Below, piece after piece: positions 62,039-64,000 of a stretch of DNA of 64,000 nucleotides. The stretch is from Carpediemonas membranifera BICM (lineage: Eukaryota; Protista; Fornicata). The position numbers and the translations under genes were made by a program. The DNA is taken from contig JAHDYR010000025.1 in the NCBI GenBank assembly GCA_019828565.1, forward strand, positions 248,001-312,000, written 5' to 3'. Within the stretch, counting starts at the first letter, position 1. Each line of letters begins with the position of its first letter. The notes below the pieces were generated by a model that saw only the letters and a program-made list of their open reading frames with translations, was not told the origin of the DNA and made no database searches.

Positions 62039-62217
62039 TGGGCGTGTTGCTCGCCCTTGCTCTGGAACAGTAAAGCTTAGCGACAGTACGAAGGCCTGGC
62101 TGAAAACCGGGCGTCGTCAAGACAATCAGCAGGCATGGGATGGGCACAGTAAGCTCTAGCAGCCCTGCTCGCTGGCCTGGGCGATGACGACTTGGGACAG
62201 TCGGGCAAATTGCGACG

Positions 62218-62982
62218 ATGAGTGAACTTGCGGGGAAAAGAAAGCATGCGGTCACTGAGAACGGAGAACTGCTGTCTATGAGCTGCATAGTCATAGAAAA
62301 TATACCAAGAGGCACTCAGCTGCGGACGATCATCCAGTTTGTGAGGGATGCGGGCCCAATCCGCCAGTTCCACAAGTCTCAGGAGCCGATGATCTCTCTT
62401 TCGTACCCAGACAGCGATAGCGAGGGCGATATCTCAGCAGTGATCGCGTTCCTTCATGAGCTCTCGGCCGAGCAAGCCACAGATCACGGCATCCTCGACG
62501 GAGCCCCCATGGTGCCCGGCGGACCCCGGATGAAGGTCCGCAGGGCTGCTGACTCCGATCTTCCACGCCTATTTACTGACGAAATCGGCAAGGGCGAGGC
62601 CAAGGCCGAGGAGAAGCGCAGCAAGGCCCTCGCAACGCAGCGTCGCAAGACAGACTGGACCGGCGATGATGAGGATATTGCCGGGTTTGTGCCTCATACG
62701 GTAGTCGTTAGGGGCGCATATGCCCCGGATGAGATGGCTATCGACGTCAAGAAGCGCGTGAGGGAGGCCGCTATGAAGTTCGGCCGGGTCGACTCTGTCA
62801 AGGCACCCGAGTCGGCCGACCAGGTTATTCTGGTGCGGTATATGCCGGTGCCTGGCAACCAGGACGCGGCGGTGGGGGCGGCCCGGGGCTTCATGGTGGC
62901 TGTCGAGACGGGCCAGGTGGACGCTGTCGGTGAGGATGCGTGCGCTTATCTCTGGGACGGCGAGGAGACATTTGAGGCATGA
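62218..62982 (+). CDS. HTATSF1: Tat-SF1/Cus2-like RRM-UHM U2 snRNP factor (divergent)
   Basis: RRM1 IVIENIP...AVIAFL..SAEQA..LDG..MKVRRA; UHM TVVVRGAY.P.E..REAAMKFGRV; terminal AYLWDG.ETF. Confidence 0.7.
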   Translation: MSELAGKRKHAVTENGELLSMSCIVIENIPRGTQLRTIIQFVRDAGPIRQFHKSQEPMISLSYPDSDSEGDISAVIAFLHELSAEQATDHGILDGAPMVPGGPRMKVRRAADSDLPRLFTDEIGKGEAKAEEKRSKALATQRRKTDWTGDDEDIAGFVPHTVVVRGAYAPDEMAIDVKKRVREAAMKFGRVDSVKAPESADQVILVRYMPVPGNQDAAVGAARGFMVAVETGQVDAVGEDACAYLWDGEETFEA

Positions 62983-63206
62983 GGGGGCTGTTTTTCCTCT
63001 TCGCTGGCCGTTGAAAAGGGCCCAGCCTGGATGGCGGCACTGACGATGGTGGCAGGCAAGCACTCTGGCCAGCAATGCAACGCAGTATAGTCCTGTGGGG
63101 CCCCATTTCTTCCCTGACGACCGTGCCGAGACCCAGCGCCGTCGGTCTCGCGCTGTCATGGTGCCGCATAAATATCACCACGAACACGAAAGAACACGTC
63201 ATCAGG

Positions 63207-63740
63207 ATGCAATCAAGCATGAGATCAGTACTTAGCTCCTTTGCTGCGGGATGCTTTGCTAGCTACGGTACTACGAGGATCACTAGGGGTCTACATGACC
63301 TTGGGACGCCAAAGCATGAGCGAACTCGCCTGGCGCAGTCCGATTCAATGGTCGATAGCGGAATCGGTATGGCACTGGACACACTGCTTCACTGCTTCGC
63401 TCCCGAGCCCAGCGATTTGACCGAGACGATGGTCTTCGGCGGCCTCATCGGTGGCGCGGGGTCCGCGCTCCAGTCTGTGCTCACGGGCGGAACCAACATG
63501 GAGCATGCCGAGGCCGCCATCGAAGGCGCACTTGACGGGCTGGTCATGGATTCTCTTCTGTTCGTTAGTGGCGGCGAACGGGCAATGGATCTTGTCTGGG
63601 CAGGAGCGGCTGCCAGCGCCGTTACTAGTCTGCTCAGTCGCGATAGGTCCCTGCAGAAGGCCGGCCGTGCAGCTGTTGGGGGCGGGATATACTGGGGGCT
63701 GTTTGCAGTTGGCACGCAGTTCTTCTCGAAGCACAAGTAG
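63207..63740 (+). CDS. Small Gly/Ala-rich membrane protein, possibly Tim17/22/23 family
   Basis: GGLIGGAG, GALDG, WAGAAASA and AAVGGG small-residue helices of suitable size; weak similarity only. Confidence 0.4.
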   Translation: MQSSMRSVLSSFAAGCFASYGTTRITRGLHDLGTPKHERTRLAQSDSMVDSGIGMALDTLLHCFAPEPSDLTETMVFGGLIGGAGSALQSVLTGGTNMEHAEAAIEGALDGLVMDSLLFVSGGERAMDLVWAGAAASAVTSLLSRDRSLQKAGRAAVGGGIYWGLFAVGTQFFSKHK

Positions 63741-64000
63741 AAGCCAGCGCTTTGAGTGGCTGGCCAGACTCGCGCGACGCAGGATGAACGATTCATGAGG
63801 GTTCCATACATAAATTCGCGAGTTTCCTGAAATGAAAATGTTTGAGTCTGCCGAAATGGATCCACAATTAATCTCCAGCTGTGGGCGAAGAAATATGAGA
63901 CAGATGAGGGCCTAAGAGGACCTTATACTGGGTCTGATTTGCCTCTCGGGCTCAAACGGAGTTTTTGCCATTTTTGCCAAAACCTTCATTGACTCCAAGG

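Overview
This is a gene-dense, GC-rich eukaryotic window, not a bacterial one. It holds about 34 protein-coding genes with intergenic gaps mostly under 300 bp. Introns are tiny GT-AG spliceosomal introns, mostly 28-41 nt. Core eukaryotic genes include Pcc1, BBS4, SRbeta, VPS26, primase large subunit, FAD synthase, hSSB1, DHHC-ankyrin, SF3B5, Bub3/Rae1, ERK-type MAPK, TAF6, importin-5, RanBP9, Spt6, RPL9, p115, Cdc25, ZNHIT1 and HTATSF1. Prokaryote-like genes are interspersed: an archaeal-type AlaRS, a proteobacterial-type fatty-acid desaturase, an FUSC/ArAE exporter and a multi-PAS histidine kinase with no receiver domain. Three dispersed copies of a lineage-specific family pair a conserved unnamed N-terminal domain with RCC1-like repeats, and one FG-GAP/Cys-rich/TM/ankyrin receptor-like gene is present. 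The archaeal AlaRS, flagellar genes, intron architecture and a GTAAA motif near stop codons suggest a flagellated metamonad (Fornicata), most plausibly Carpediemonas or a relative; this is inference, not verified. Introns were placed by hand by checking that splicing restores the reading frame and family motifs. Product calls rest on recalled family motifs, with no database search. No rRNA, tRNA, CRISPR array or intact transposon was found.
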